From Acidobacteriota bacterium (lineage in GTDB: Bacteria; Acidobacteriota; Terriglobia; Bryobacterales; Bryobacteraceae): 49,922 nucleotides of DNA. The stretch lies in the NCBI GenBank assembly GCA_039930665.1, contig JBDTTL010000001.1, forward strand, positions 1 through 49,922, in the 5' to 3' direction. Below, piece after piece: positions 17,737 to 27,281 of this stretch (positions are counted from its first letter, which is position 1; each line of letters begins with the position of its first letter). A program made the position numbers and the translations under genes. The notes below the pieces were generated by a model. That model was not told the DNA's origin and did not search any database. It saw only the letters and a list, made by a program, of their open reading frames with translations.

Positions 17737-18598
17737 CCCCTTTAAGCCCTTTGGATTCAGCGAAAGCGCGTCCGACAGCTCGAATCGGGATAGGAAGAAA
17801 TTGCAGGTTCGCGCAACTTTGCCCGCGGACTTGCAGCCTTATCGACTGATCGTCAACTTGACGGCCTGGGTGTCGGATGCGACCCGAAGCTTGTGGTGAG
17901 TGGCCAGCGACGCAAGGTCGGTGGCCTCGAGCGCCTGCGAGCAATCCAAATCCAGATCGTACATTAAGCGATCGGGTGTTCGGGTTGTGCCGTAACCCAA
18001 ACAGATGACCAATTCATGTACGGATATCGATACAGCTCTGTGCTATTTAGCGATACTGCCGGATTGAAAACTATCAACCTTGAAACGCCGATCTGTCGTG
18101 GGGATGGGCTCGCGCGACGATGTTGTCCGGAAGGGGTTCGAAGCGGTCGGATTGTCCGTCGATCAATTCGACGGAGCAATTCTCACTGTCTTCCCGATGC
18201 CAGTCCAAGTCGAGGACGTAGCCCAAAAATCCAACGCGCTCTTTTAAATTGCTCGGCGAGAACGGGATTCGCCGTTGCGATGCGAACGCCGAAATTCATC
18301 GGCCCGTGTCGTAGCAATTCGGCGTGCGTATGACAAGGTGCGTAGTTAGCGGTCCAGTTGGGTGAGGGGTTCTGCTCCAGAAACAAATCAGGCGGATCTC
18401 CCATGAAGCTGGCAGGACTTAATTCGGCCTTGCCTAAGATTGGCTTTTCGCCCACGCCTTACATTGCGGAAAGCGCCTGCCTGCGGGTCGGAAATCGCCC
18501 CAGTCAATGTCTGGGACTTGAATATCTTGGAGACTTGAGATAGCGCGGCGGGACAGAGCGATGGCCGAAGCCACCGCTCGTTTGATAACACAAGGACG

Positions 18599-19147
18599 CT
18601 AGTAGTTCGAAGTAGCTTTTTGGTCCTTTACCTGAACCTCGTTGACGACCTGCTCCACGTTAGGAACAGAGGCCGCAACTTTCGCAACTTCCGTGCGCTT
18701 GGCCTGAGAGTTTACTTCTCCTTTCAACACCACCACGCGGTTCTTGACGTCATAGCTCAAATCCTTATCCATCCGATTTGCGACCAAGGCAGCATCGAGA
18801 TTTTTCTCGATACCTTTATCCAGCTCGGAATTCACCGTCTTGGCAACGTGTTCAGCGCCGGGAGGAATTACGGCCACCTGGTTCGCAACCACGTCTCCTG
18901 CCGCAGCCGCAGTCGCCACGGTTTCAGCCTGGCTCTTGGCGTCTTCGGTCGATACGTGCCCACTCAGGGTTATTACGCCCTTATCGCGATCCTGAGCGAC
19001 TGACACGTCCCCTAGGCCCGCCTGGTCGAGCGATTGACGAACCGCATCTTTGACGTCAGGCGATTTTGCGGTTGGGCGCGAGCAGCCAGTCGAGCCATAA
19101 AGTGCCAGCATCACGCTAAGGATTGAGGAAAGTGTAAGTGTTCTCAT
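18599..19147 (-). CDS. BON domain lipoprotein (two BON repeats)
   Basis: 182-aa ORF. Lipobox LALYGSTGC. Two BON-like units are present (...VSVAQDRDKGVITLSGHVSTEDAKSQAETVA... and ...LSYDVKNRVVVLKGEVNSQAKRTEVAKVAASVPNVEQVVNEVQV). GGGAGA RBS. Confidence 0.85.
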   Translation of the reverse strand: MRTLTLSSILSVMLALYGSTGCSRPTAKSPDVKDAVRQSLDQAGLGDVSVAQDRDKGVITLSGHVSTEDAKSQAETVATAAAAGDVVANQVAVIPPGAEHVAKTVNSELDKGIEKNLDAALVANRMDKDLSYDVKNRVVVLKGEVNSQAKRTEVAKVAASVPNVEQVVNEVQVKDQKATSNY

Positions 19148-19164
19148 AGATGTCTCCCTTCTTG

Positions 19165-19242
19165 CTACGAGTGGTTAAACAAAAACCAAAGCACGATCAA
19201 GCCGGCAGGAACCCCTAAAATCCAAGCACCCAGGTATTTCAT
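19165..19242 (-). CDS. 25-aa single-TM peptide, first gene of the BON operon
   Basis: Internal ATG at 19240-19242 of track ORF 19165-19362, with GGAGG 7 nt upstream. The product is MKYLGAWILGVPAGLIVLWFLFNHS*. Its stop lies 18 nt before the BON start. Confidence 0.5.
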   Translation of the reverse strand: MKYLGAWILGVPAGLIVLWFLFNHS

Positions 19243-19267
19243 ATTCGAGCCTCCGGTCTGGATGGGA

Positions 19268-19283
19268 TGCAATCGAGAGTCCG
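19268..19283 (-). promoter_or_regulatory. weak sigma-54 -24/-12-like motif upstream of the small-peptide/BON operon
   Basis: The minus strand reads cGGactctcgaTTGCA. GG-N10-GC spacing is correct and the -12 TTGCA is perfect, but the -24 is poor. The GC lies 26 nt before the ATG at 19242. Confidence 0.25.
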
Positions 19284-19803
19284 TAGTGGCACCAGACGAC
19301 GGACGATTAGAAGGGCCCCGCGTTATGAAAGGGTTAGGAGTAGCTGTGTGGGCGTTTAACAATCGCGGAAGAGGCTGGAGGGCTGCCGAAAGTGAATGCA
19401 GAAAATGCGCGTTAATGCTAACTGCACCCTCGGAAGTTCGGGCGCCCTTGGCTCGCTTGGAAGACCACAGGCGCTTCTTTATACTTCCGTAAAATGATCA
19501 GCGTTTCAGACTGGCGCCCATTCGCGCTCATTCGGACGCGTTGTGTTCGGATTCTCTCCGTCCTGTGAAGTCCACTTTTCGTTGGCGAGGGTCTAATATT
19601 TGCTCGCCTGATTCTAAGCCAGTTACTGGAATTTTATAGGGCCCGCGGGCACCAGAAAAGAAATTTGTAACCTGTGCGCCCATGCAGGCTCTATTTGCGA
19701 TTAAGGTAAGGACCGACACGACTGAGGGAGATTCAGACATGCCTGCGACGGTGACTCCGGCGAAACGACAAGATGGCCACCGATCCGCGCTAGAGCCCAC
19801 CTG

Positions 19804-20019
19804 GTGCGAGACAATGGGATTGGAATCAAGCCGGAGTACGCCCTACAGATCTTCGGTATTTTTTGGCGCCTCCACGGGAGCGCATACCCGGGAACCGGGA
19901 TCGGTCTGGCCATTTGCGAACGGATTGTCAAAAGGTACGGGGGGCAGGTTTGGGTGGAATCGTCGCCGGGCGAAGGCTCCACATTCTATTTCACGATGCC
20001 GGACGGGCAGAATGACTAA
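19804..20019 (+). pseudogene. C-terminal HATPase_c fragment of a histidine kinase
   Basis: The 71-aa [69 protein letters not shown] covers only the G1/G2-box end of a kinase. No HisKA or N-box is present upstream, where an in-frame stop lies at 19723. Confidence 0.6.
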
Positions 20020-20032
20020 GAACCAACTGCGG

Positions 20033-20293
20033 TCATGTGAGGCTGTCGAGATGCCGGCCATTTTCTCTAAGTTCTTCATAGAAGACCGAGTAGGCATCGC
20101 CGTTCCAGAGGATAGTGCACAGGCCCGAGGGAGCGGCTGGGCCTTCGATCTCGACGCTGGCGCCAGGCGGAACTTCGATCAACACTTCGGTAGGATTGCG
20201 CAAGGAACTGCCGGGATGGTCCTGCAATTTCACCGCTGTAACCGGCCGCAAAAGATTGATCCGGACCAATGGCTCGGAATTTTCAAGCTTCAT
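20033..20293 (-). CDS. hypothetical protein
   Basis: 86-aa ORF with a GAGGA RBS about 10 nt upstream. Divergent from the kinase gene at 20389. No family recognised. Confidence 0.4.
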   Translation of the reverse strand: MKLENSEPLVRINLLRPVTAVKLQDHPGSSLRNPTEVLIEVPPGASVEIEGPAAPSGLCTILWNGDAYSVFYEELRENGRHLDSLT

Positions 20294-20388
20294 TCGCGCC
20301 CGTCCTCGCGAAAACTGAACCGCGTATTTTTTCCGAAGCGGAAGGCTTGCTCCGGGACTTTATTGGCTACGACAAGAGATAGTTTACT

Positions 20389-21111
20389 GTGAGCGTGATG
20401 AAAGACCAAGGCCAGGGGGTTGCCCCGAAAATTTTGGAGCAGGACGGCGAATCCGTTCGAGATTTCATTTCCATGGCGGTCCATGATCTACGAGAGCCCC
20501 TCCGGGGGATACGTCTGGGGGTGCACTTACTGACGGGGAAGGACCGCGAGCCCTCCGAGGAGAATGTGGAACGCGGCACGCGGTACCTGATCGACGGCGT
20601 GGACCGGATGGAGACCCTGATTCATGACATTGCCGAGTTGTGCTACGAAGAGGTTCGCGAGCCGAACCCCAACGGTATGGACCTCGAGTTGGTGCTGCTC
20701 GAAGCCAAAAATGAACTCGCGGTCGATATAAAAAGCAGTGGGGCCATACTCACCCACGATGCCTTGCCTAGTGTCAAAATTTCCGCCGCCATCGGTAAAG
20801 TATTTCGTGCATTAATCAGCAACGCGTGCAAATTTCGCGGCGAAGACGGGCCCCGCATCCACGTGGGAGCGGTGCAACGCGGCTCCGACTTGATTTTGTC
20901 GATTCAAGACAATGGGACGGGGTTCGATCCGGCCTATGGGAAGCGGGTCTTCAGAGCCTTCGAGCGCCTGAACGGCAAACAATATCCCGGCAGTGGCTTG
21001 GGCTTAACACTGGCCAAGAGAATAGTGGAACAACAAGGCGGACAGATTTGGGCCGAATCACGGGGTGGTGGAGGCTGCACTATCCACTTCAGCCTGCCGC
21101 TCGCGGTTTAG
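20389..21111 (+). CDS. cytoplasmic histidine kinase (HisKA + HATPase_c, no sensor domain)
   Basis: 240-aa ORF. H-box is FISMAVHDLREPL. ATPase boxes are ALISNACKF, QDNGTGFD and GSGLGLTLAKRIV. No TM segments. Confidence 0.85.
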   Translation: MSVMKDQGQGVAPKILEQDGESVRDFISMAVHDLREPLRGIRLGVHLLTGKDREPSEENVERGTRYLIDGVDRMETLIHDIAELCYEEVREPNPNGMDLELVLLEAKNELAVDIKSSGAILTHDALPSVKISAAIGKVFRALISNACKFRGEDGPRIHVGAVQRGSDLILSIQDNGTGFDPAYGKRVFRAFERLNGKQYPGSGLGLTLAKRIVEQQGGQIWAESRGGGGCTIHFSLPLAV

Positions 21112-21513
21112 AATGTCCCGCACGTAAGGGCCTAGCTTCATAAATTCATCTAGACGCGACGGTTTTCGGAAGTAGCCGGTCGCATTCAAATTGGCCGCCT
21201 GGGTCTTGTCGCGATGAGAATCCGACGAGGTCAGGATCACGACCGGTATTTTCGCGCAAGTAGGACTCTGCCGTACCCGCTCGAGGATCTGGGCCCCGGT
21301 TTTCTTGGGCAGGTTCAGATCGAGCAGGAACAAATGAGGACGCGCAAGAGTTGCCGAGCGATCCATCTTTTCTACGAATTCGACGCCCTGTTCGCCGTCG
21401 TCAAATACCTCGAGTTCGAAATCCAAGCCGGACTGTTCGAGGGCCTCACGAACCAGGAGGACGTCCGGTTCGGCATCTTCGATCAAAACAATACGAAAAC
21501 TACTCGCCTTCAT
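21058..21513 (-). CDS. CheY-like single-domain response regulator
   Basis: 151-aa ORF with IVLIEDAEPDVLLVREAL...FLLDLNLPKKTG...PVVILTSSD...YFRKP. Its 3' end overlaps the convergent kinase gene by 54 nt. Confidence 0.85.
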   Translation of the reverse strand: MKASSFRIVLIEDAEPDVLLVREALEQSGLDFELEVFDDGEQGVEFVEKMDRSATLARPHLFLLDLNLPKKTGAQILERVRQSPTCAKIPVVILTSSDSHRDKTQAANLNATGYFRKPSRLDEFMKLGPYVRDILNRERQAEVDSAASTTP

Positions 21514-21551
21514 GATGGTCCCATCTGCATCTGGATAACCATGATGATATG

Positions 21552-23063
21552 TTATCCTCCGCCGCCGGTAAAACCGGCAGCTTGAGCATTAGATTCCGAA
21601 ACACTGTCTGCACGGGCAAATTCTGCGAGCCGCTTGTACAGCGTTCGAAGACTGATACCGAGAATTTCCGCCGCGCGCATGCGGTTGTTGTTTGTATGCT
21701 GCAAGGTAAGGCGAATGTATGCTTCTTCCATTTCTCGCAGAGGCTTGCCCGGCTCCAGGACGACGCCTGTGGATTTGGTGTTTTCCTGCGGAGGCAATGC
21801 AGTTGCCGACGGCACATGCCTCGGAAGATTGAAATCCGGAGGGAAATGTCTAGGTGACACAACTCCCTCATGCGCGACGATTACGGCGCGTTCCAAGATG
21901 TTCCGCAGCTCGCGAATGTTGCCCGGCCAGGAGTGGCTCATGAGCGCGGCGAGCGCGTCATTATCGAGGTGGGTAACCCGGCAATCGTTGCGGAGGTTCA
22001 AAATGCGGATCAAAGCCTCCGAAATCGCCGGAATATCCTCTTTGCGATGCCGCAGCGGTGGCAAGAGGATGTTGAACACATTGAGACGATAGTACAGGTC
22101 TTCGCGGAGCAGCTTTTTTTCCAGAGCTTCGTCGAGAGGCCGATTGGTAGCCGCCAGGACACGAACGTCGATGGATACCTCCGCCTGGCCCCCCAAGCGG
22201 CGGACCTTGGACTCCTCCAGAACCCGCAGGAGTTTCGCTTGCATCGGCATCGGCATTTCCGCGATCTCATCGAGAAACAAGGTTCCCCCGCTGGCATGCT
22301 CAAAACAGCCAGCTTGACGCCCAACTGCGCCCGTGAAAGCGCCTTTTTCGTGCCCAAATAACTCGCTTTCTATAAGGCTCTCCGGAATCGCCGCGCAGTT
22401 GATCGCGATGAAGGGGCCGTTGGCCCGCGAGCTCAGCTTGTGGATGGCGGCTGCAGCCCGTTCCTTTCCGGTTCCGCTTTCGCCGCTAATCAGCACGGAA
22501 GCGGTCTTGGGAGCTACCTGTTGGATAAGCGAGAAAACGCGGCGCATGGGCTCGGAGGTTCCTACCATGTCGCCCAGTACTCCGTGGAGGCTTAACTGGC
22601 GTTGCAACCGCGCGGTCTCCGCGATGAGCGTTTTCTGGCGGATGGCGCGCTCGAGCAAGGGGGCGAGAACCGCCTGCTGCGCAGGCTTTTCGAGAAACCA
22701 AAATGCGCGAAGATCGTGAACGATCGCCATCGCCTCGCGGATACTGCCAAGGCCCGTCAGAACCACGGCAGGGGTGAGATCGCCGCGAGACAGCAGGGTT
22801 CTGAGCAAGGTGTACCCGTCCATGCGGGGCATCATCAAGTCGGTGACGATGGCATCGACGGGCGCCGCGCCAAGCTTTTCGAGAGCCTCTTCGCCGTCCT
22901 CTGCCATCTCAGGAATATAGCCCAAGCTGGCGAGTATTTTCGCGAGGTCTCGCCGCTCTTGCGGATCGTCGTCGACCACCAAGACCCGTGCGGGCGTAGA
23001 AGACGACGCCATAGGACTATAGTCTATCTGACCGAGTGCTTCGGGTGGTGCGGCTAATATCAT
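21552..23063 (-). CDS. sigma-54-dependent Fis-family transcriptional activator (receiver + AAA+ + HTH_8), NtrC-like
   Basis: Receiver domain (VLVVDDDPQ...VTDLMMPRMDG). AAA+ domain with Walker A GESGTGKE, GAFTGA, and ESELFGHEKGAFTG. C-terminal Fis HTH (AAEILGISLRTLYKRL). Start chosen at 23061-23063 (MILAAPP...) because GGAGG lies 9 nt upstream. Alternatives are 23162 and 23012. Confidence 0.9.
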   Translation of the reverse strand: MILAAPPEALGQIDYSPMASSSTPARVLVVDDDPQERRDLAKILASLGYIPEMAEDGEEALEKLGAAPVDAIVTDLMMPRMDGYTLLRTLLSRGDLTPAVVLTGLGSIREAMAIVHDLRAFWFLEKPAQQAVLAPLLERAIRQKTLIAETARLQRQLSLHGVLGDMVGTSEPMRRVFSLIQQVAPKTASVLISGESGTGKERAAAAIHKLSSRANGPFIAINCAAIPESLIESELFGHEKGAFTGAVGRQAGCFEHASGGTLFLDEIAEMPMPMQAKLLRVLEESKVRRLGGQAEVSIDVRVLAATNRPLDEALEKKLLREDLYYRLNVFNILLPPLRHRKEDIPAISEALIRILNLRNDCRVTHLDNDALAALMSHSWPGNIRELRNILERAVIVAHEGVVSPRHFPPDFNLPRHVPSATALPPQENTKSTGVVLEPGKPLREMEEAYIRLTLQHTNNNRMRAAEILGISLRTLYKRLAEFARADSVSESNAQAAGFTGGGG

Positions 23064-23359
23064 TAATTTGGCCTCCGGCACGTTGAAATTTTTTGGCTTT
23101 ATGGTGAGACAACATCGCCCACCGTCAAGGTTTGGTTGCGCCTGCAGTTTGTGCAGGCACAAGTAAAAGTTCCTTACTTCATTGCATTCTCAATCCCAAA
23201 AGCTGGCCTCTGAGCCCAAGCCACCAAGGCCGAAGGCATGGCGAAGGATCCAAAAATGACTTCTTCCGATAACTCTGTCACGTTGGTCTTCGCCACTACA
23301 CGTGCCCCGCGGGAACGGCGGTAGCTTGCTGGTGCCAGGAGGTCGTCCATTCATTGCTC

Positions 23360-23627
23360 TCACCACTCTCGGTACATCGTCATCACCCGGTTGGGATCGG
23401 CTAGATCGCTCCAGCCTACATCGCCCAAGGACCAGACCCCGAGGCGGTCCGAGGCGGCAGACAGTACTAGCTTTGAAAAATTCGCAGCAGCCAGCCGGTC
23501 ATAAATCGGGGCAAGCGTTTCGGCATTGACGATCGCGTCGTCGGACTCCAGGACGGCAGCGAATTCTGCATAAACTTCGGGAGCGCCGGAGCGGATGACC
23601 GCAGGCGCACGCCTTCGCCCCCGCTAA
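23360..23627 (-). pseudogene. possible C-terminal remnant of a sugar-phosphate nucleotidyltransferase
   Basis: A start-less minus-strand frame reads ...APEVYAEFAAVLESDDAIVNAETLAPIYDRLAAANFSKLVLSAASDRLGVWSLGDVGWSDLADPNRVMTMYREW*. The ...NFS..VL......L.V......GWSDLG.P.RV ending recalls guanylyltransferase-like C-termini. Weak call. Confidence 0.3.
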
Positions 23628-23691
23628 AACAACGCCCCAGCGATGCTCGTATTCAGAGATCAAATGCATAGCGTTGCCCCCCTTTACGAGT

Positions 23692-24393
23692 TCAAACTCG
23701 TTGCAGCGATAACTTACTGTTAAACGAACGCAGGAGTAATTTGCGTGCTCGGTGATGCCGGGTTTTTACCGCAGAAGCCGACAAAGACAGCGAGCGGGCC
23801 GTGGCCGCGATACTTAGTTCGCGGAGGTCGCGTAATTCTATGATTGATCGATATTTCTCCGGCAGCTGCGTCAGCGCTTTATGCAGGCGCGCGGCCTCCT
23901 GCCGCTTCTGAATCTGCATGTCAGGCAAGTAGTTAGGATCGGCGACCTTGTCGGCGCGAGTGGCATGGAGCGGTCTGACGGGAGCAATCGCTTTCCCCCG
24001 GCGCAAGTGGATGACTTCGTTCGAGGCGATTTTGCTAAGCCATGTCTTGAAAGTAGCCTGTTGGCGGAATTGCCCAAGATTGCGCAGGGCTTGCAACACA
24101 GCTTGTTGGACCACATCTTCCGCTTCGAATTCGTTCCGCAATCGCATACGCGCAAATCTTGTCAGCGACCGAAGGTGCGGCCCCACCAGATCACCGAAGG
24201 CGTCCGTGCGGCCCTGGAGGACAGACTCGATGAGCCATTGATCCGCGTCGCTCGACGGAGATTTCTTGTCACCGATCCATTCAGCGACACACGGGGCCGC
24301 CAGCGGCTGGATCGCTTCGCTAGATTGATACATTGGACGACCGAGTTGCACTTCGCCTGCCAAAGTCAGTAGGCGAAGCTCAGTTCGATCCAT
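23692..24393 (-). CDS. ECF-type sigma-70 family RNA polymerase sigma factor
   Basis: 233-aa ORF. Region 2 is DAFGDLVGPHLRSLTRFARMRL...EDVVQQAVLQALRNLGQFR...FKTWLSKIASNEV. Region 4 is LPEKYRSIIELRDLRELSIAATARSLSLSASAVKTRHHRARKLL. Start is uncertain (M1 or M21). Confidence 0.85.
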   Translation of the reverse strand: MDRTELRLLTLAGEVQLGRPMYQSSEAIQPLAAPCVAEWIGDKKSPSSDADQWLIESVLQGRTDAFGDLVGPHLRSLTRFARMRLRNEFEAEDVVQQAVLQALRNLGQFRQQATFKTWLSKIASNEVIHLRRGKAIAPVRPLHATRADKVADPNYLPDMQIQKRQEAARLHKALTQLPEKYRSIIELRDLRELSIAATARSLSLSASAVKTRHHRARKLLLRSFNSKLSLQRV

Positions 24394-24512
24394 TTGCGTC
24401 CTTCCGCTGGGCGTGGAGAGAAACTACTCCGAGCTTTGCGCTTCGGTGATTTGAAACAGCAACGCCTTACGTGGGGTCTAAAGAGCGTCCGATTATACGC
24501 TGGAGGCAGAGA

Positions 24513-25049
24513 ATGACATCAACGATCCGCGACTTGCTAGTGCAGGAGATGCAGGACTTATATGACGCTGAAAAACAATTGGTTAAGGCCCTTCCAAAGA
24601 TGGTGAAGGCAGCGTCCAACGAAGAACTCAGCCAAGCCTTTGCCGGGCACCTAGAGGAAACAAAGGGTCAGGTGGAACGGTTGGAGCGGGCATTTGAGGC
24701 GCTCGACGTGAAGCCGAAGAGCAAGGCGTGCGCGGCTATGAAGGGGTTGATCAGCGAGGCGCAAGAGGAAATCTCGTCGAATGAGAAGGGGCCTCTTGCG
24801 GATTCTGCGATGATTTGCGCGGCGCAGAAGGTGGAGCACTATGAGATTGCCGGCTATGGAACCGTCAGAGCCTGGGCCGAGGAACTAGGCCTGGACGATG
24901 TTGCGGGTCTATTGCGGGAAACTTTGGACGAGGAAAAGGAAGCTGATGAAAAACTGTCTACCATCGCCGCAAAGGTGATTGCGGATTCGGCGATGGAAGA
25001 GGAACCGGAAAAGGCGGAGTCGATGCAAGGGTCGCGTTCTCGACATTAA
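24513..25049 (+). CDS. ferritin-like YciE/YciF (DUF892) stress protein
   Basis: ATG at 24513 with TGGAGG upstream. Signature is IRDLLVQEMQDLYDAEKQLVKALPKMVKAASNEELSQAFAGHLEETKGQVERLE...AAQKVEHYEIAGYGT. Confidence 0.85.
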   Translation: MTSTIRDLLVQEMQDLYDAEKQLVKALPKMVKAASNEELSQAFAGHLEETKGQVERLERAFEALDVKPKSKACAAMKGLISEAQEEISSNEKGPLADSAMICAAQKVEHYEIAGYGTVRAWAEELGLDDVAGLLRETLDEEKEADEKLSTIAAKVIADSAMEEEPEKAESMQGSRSRH

Positions 25050-25067
25050 TCCGGACCGTCGACCTTA

Positions 25068-25095
25068 GGCACGCGCTCCTTACCGGGCGCGTGCC
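25068..25095. terminator. GC-rich hairpin between convergent yciE-like and PAP2 genes
   Basis: Perfect 9-bp stem GGCACGCGC / GCGCGTGCC with a 10-nt loop, 19 nt after the DUF892 stop. There is no clear U-tract. Confidence 0.4.
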
Positions 25096-25249
25096 CTCAC
25101 TGCCCGAGAGTTTCGGGGGTGCTATCGAGCTCCAGATTTCCAATCGTGATCTGTTCTGCGAGCGGTGCCAATTGGTCGTAGCAGCGGAAGCATGCCACTT
25201 CCTGGTATCCCACGCAACACGACGGCGATGCCAGTCTTTGCCTTCCGCA

Positions 25250-26182
25250 CTAGTTGCCGAACGTAAGAGCAACTCCGTATAAGTGTTCGGAAGGTCGAAG
25301 CTCAGGCGATATTGCGATTCGTCCTGCAAGGTGCCGATGCAGCGCATGATCCATATGCGTGTGATATACGTAGCGGCCGATGAACCAACCCATAGCGGCG
25401 CCGGCGACGATATCGGACGCGTAGTGTCGCTGTGCTGCGTATCGCGATCCGCTGACTACGGTTGCCAGCCCATAGACGACAATGGGAACCAACTTGTTCC
25501 CGTGTCCGTACTCATGAGCGATGACCGACGCCAAGGCCCACGATTCGATGGCGTGACCGGACGGAAATGAATCGCCGCCTTCGAAGAAATGGCCGGCCTC
25601 TGTCGGAGCGTCGGGACGGTTTCTCCTGGCGATCGGCTTCAAGATTTGTACGACAATCAGGCTGTCGATGAGCGCTTCTGCCCCAAGCACACCTACTTCG
25701 CGGGGTTTCGCATCGTCTCTGAGTACCCCGTAGCCATAAAAGCCGGCGACTATGGGGAGCAAGGTGTAGGAGGTCCCAATGCGCGAAAGATTATTTCCCC
25801 ATGTAATCTGGCCGCGACTATTCTCGAACACTGTTGATGTGTGGCGATCCGTGGCTATCAGCGCCGCCGTCACGCCACCGATGCCAATCCACCATTTGGC
25901 ATCCGAGCCGCGCATATGAAAAGGAGAAGTCCATATTTCTTTCTGGTCGAGCAATATGTTCGCGAACAGCTTTTTCGAAAGCGGCTTGACTCGTTCGGTG
26001 TCTCCGGGATAAAAGATCCGGTCTCGAGCATCCTGGGGAGATTCAACAGCGGGGGGTGCCGCCGGTGGCTCGCCGCTTGTGATTGGAGCCTCTTGCGCGG
26101 AGGCAACGGAACATCCCAAGAGCGCAATCACGAGTAGCGAAGTTTTGAATAATTCTGTCCCCACGTGCTTGCAATTTGCCAC
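25250..26182 (-). CDS. PAP2 superfamily phosphatase (membrane)
   Basis: 310-aa ORF. PAP2 motifs are KPIARRNRP, SFPSGHA and SRYAAQRHYASDIVAGAAMG. It has a signal peptide and TM segments. Confidence 0.85.
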   Translation of the reverse strand: MANCKHVGTELFKTSLLVIALLGCSVASAQEAPITSGEPPAAPPAVESPQDARDRIFYPGDTERVKPLSKKLFANILLDQKEIWTSPFHMRGSDAKWWIGIGGVTAALIATDRHTSTVFENSRGQITWGNNLSRIGTSYTLLPIVAGFYGYGVLRDDAKPREVGVLGAEALIDSLIVVQILKPIARRNRPDAPTEAGHFFEGGDSFPSGHAIESWALASVIAHEYGHGNKLVPIVVYGLATVVSGSRYAAQRHYASDIVAGAAMGWFIGRYVYHTHMDHALHRHLAGRIAISPELRPSEHLYGVALTFGN

Positions 26183-26264
26183 AAGTGCCCTCTGGCGTTA
26201 GATATCTGTAGATCCCGGATCGTTACAGGTAGCCTGTAAAGACGCGTCCCAAGCTACGGGCCGA

Positions 26265-27275
26265 GTGGTATACAATCTCCCCATGGCCAAGCTGATGAAG
26301 CCAGAAGTGAGTTTCATCGCGCTATTCACTTGTTGGACGATCAGTGCTCAACCCCCTGAATCTGGCCCTCTGGTTTCGATTATTCCTCGTTCGGCGTCAC
26401 AAGTGGCGGCTAATCCCCCAGGAGCACCTGAGGGGCACCTTCGCATCGATTCATTGTTGGCTCTTATTCCGGTTCACGCCACCGCATCCATGGGCGGAAA
26501 TGTCACGGGCCTGGTCCGGGCAAACTTCAGGGTGTTTGAAGACGGTGTAGAGCAAAGAATCACGACATTCTCCAAGGAAGACGCGCCGTTGTCGGTGGGC
26601 CTGGTGTTCGATTCCAGCGGTAGTATGACTAACAAGGTCCGCAAGTCCGCGGAAGCCGCGGCCGCTTTCTTTAAGACCGCCAATGCGGACGATGAATTTT
26701 TCCTCGTGCAATTTGGTGAGCGGCCGAAGCTTTTGACGCCTTTCACATCCGACTCCGGCGAGATCTACAGCAAGATTGCCACTTGCAAGCCTTTCGGACG
26801 CACTTCTCTCATTGACGCAATCCATGTCGCGCTGGTCCAGATGAAGCGGGCCAAGAATTCGCGGAAGGCCATCGTGATTCTCTCGGACGGCGGAGATAAC
26901 CGCAGCCGCCTAACGCGCGGTGAAATCAAGAGCGCTTTATTGGAATCCGAAGTTCAACTCTACGCCATGGGGATCTTCGATCCCGACGACCTTGGCAAGC
27001 ACACACGCGAAGAGGAAAACGGCCCGCGCTTGCTGGACGACCTCGCGGAGTCTACTGGGGGCCGGCTTTATCCCGTCGATAACCTTGACCATCTGGCCGC
27101 GATCAGCGAGACCCTTGGCAATACTCTGCGTACTGAATACTTGCTAGGGTACAGCCCCCTCAATCACTCCCGCGACGGCAAGTACCGCCGCGTCAACGTC
27201 GATCTAGTCACAGCGCCCGATTTACCGGTTCCCCATATCTCTTACCGGCATGGCTATTACGCACCGGTGGAGTGA
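26265..27275 (+). CDS. VWA domain protein (acidobacterial VWFA-related, TIGR03436-like)
   Basis: 336-aa ORF with FRVFEDGVEQRITTFSKEDAPLSVGLVFDSSGSM (MIDAS DxSxS)...GRTSLIDAI...KAIVILSDGGDNRS...VQLYAMGIF. Start is uncertain (GTG at 26265 or ATG at 26283). Confidence 0.85.
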   Translation: MVYNLPMAKLMKPEVSFIALFTCWTISAQPPESGPLVSIIPRSASQVAANPPGAPEGHLRIDSLLALIPVHATASMGGNVTGLVRANFRVFEDGVEQRITTFSKEDAPLSVGLVFDSSGSMTNKVRKSAEAAAAFFKTANADDEFFLVQFGERPKLLTPFTSDSGEIYSKIATCKPFGRTSLIDAIHVALVQMKRAKNSRKAIVILSDGGDNRSRLTRGEIKSALLESEVQLYAMGIFDPDDLGKHTREEENGPRLLDDLAESTGGRLYPVDNLDHLAAISETLGNTLRTEYLLGYSPLNHSRDGKYRRVNVDLVTAPDLPVPHISYRHGYYAPVE

Positions 27276-27281
27276 ATTCCA

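Noticed and set aside
23323-23337. Sigma-54-like TGGCACCAGCAAGCT on the minus strand (and TGGCACGGGCAATCT at 13946-13960, + strand)
   Set aside because: The -24 half is good, but the GC of the -12 element is displaced by one position or is absent. The fixed GG-N10-GC spacing is essential, so these are not counted.
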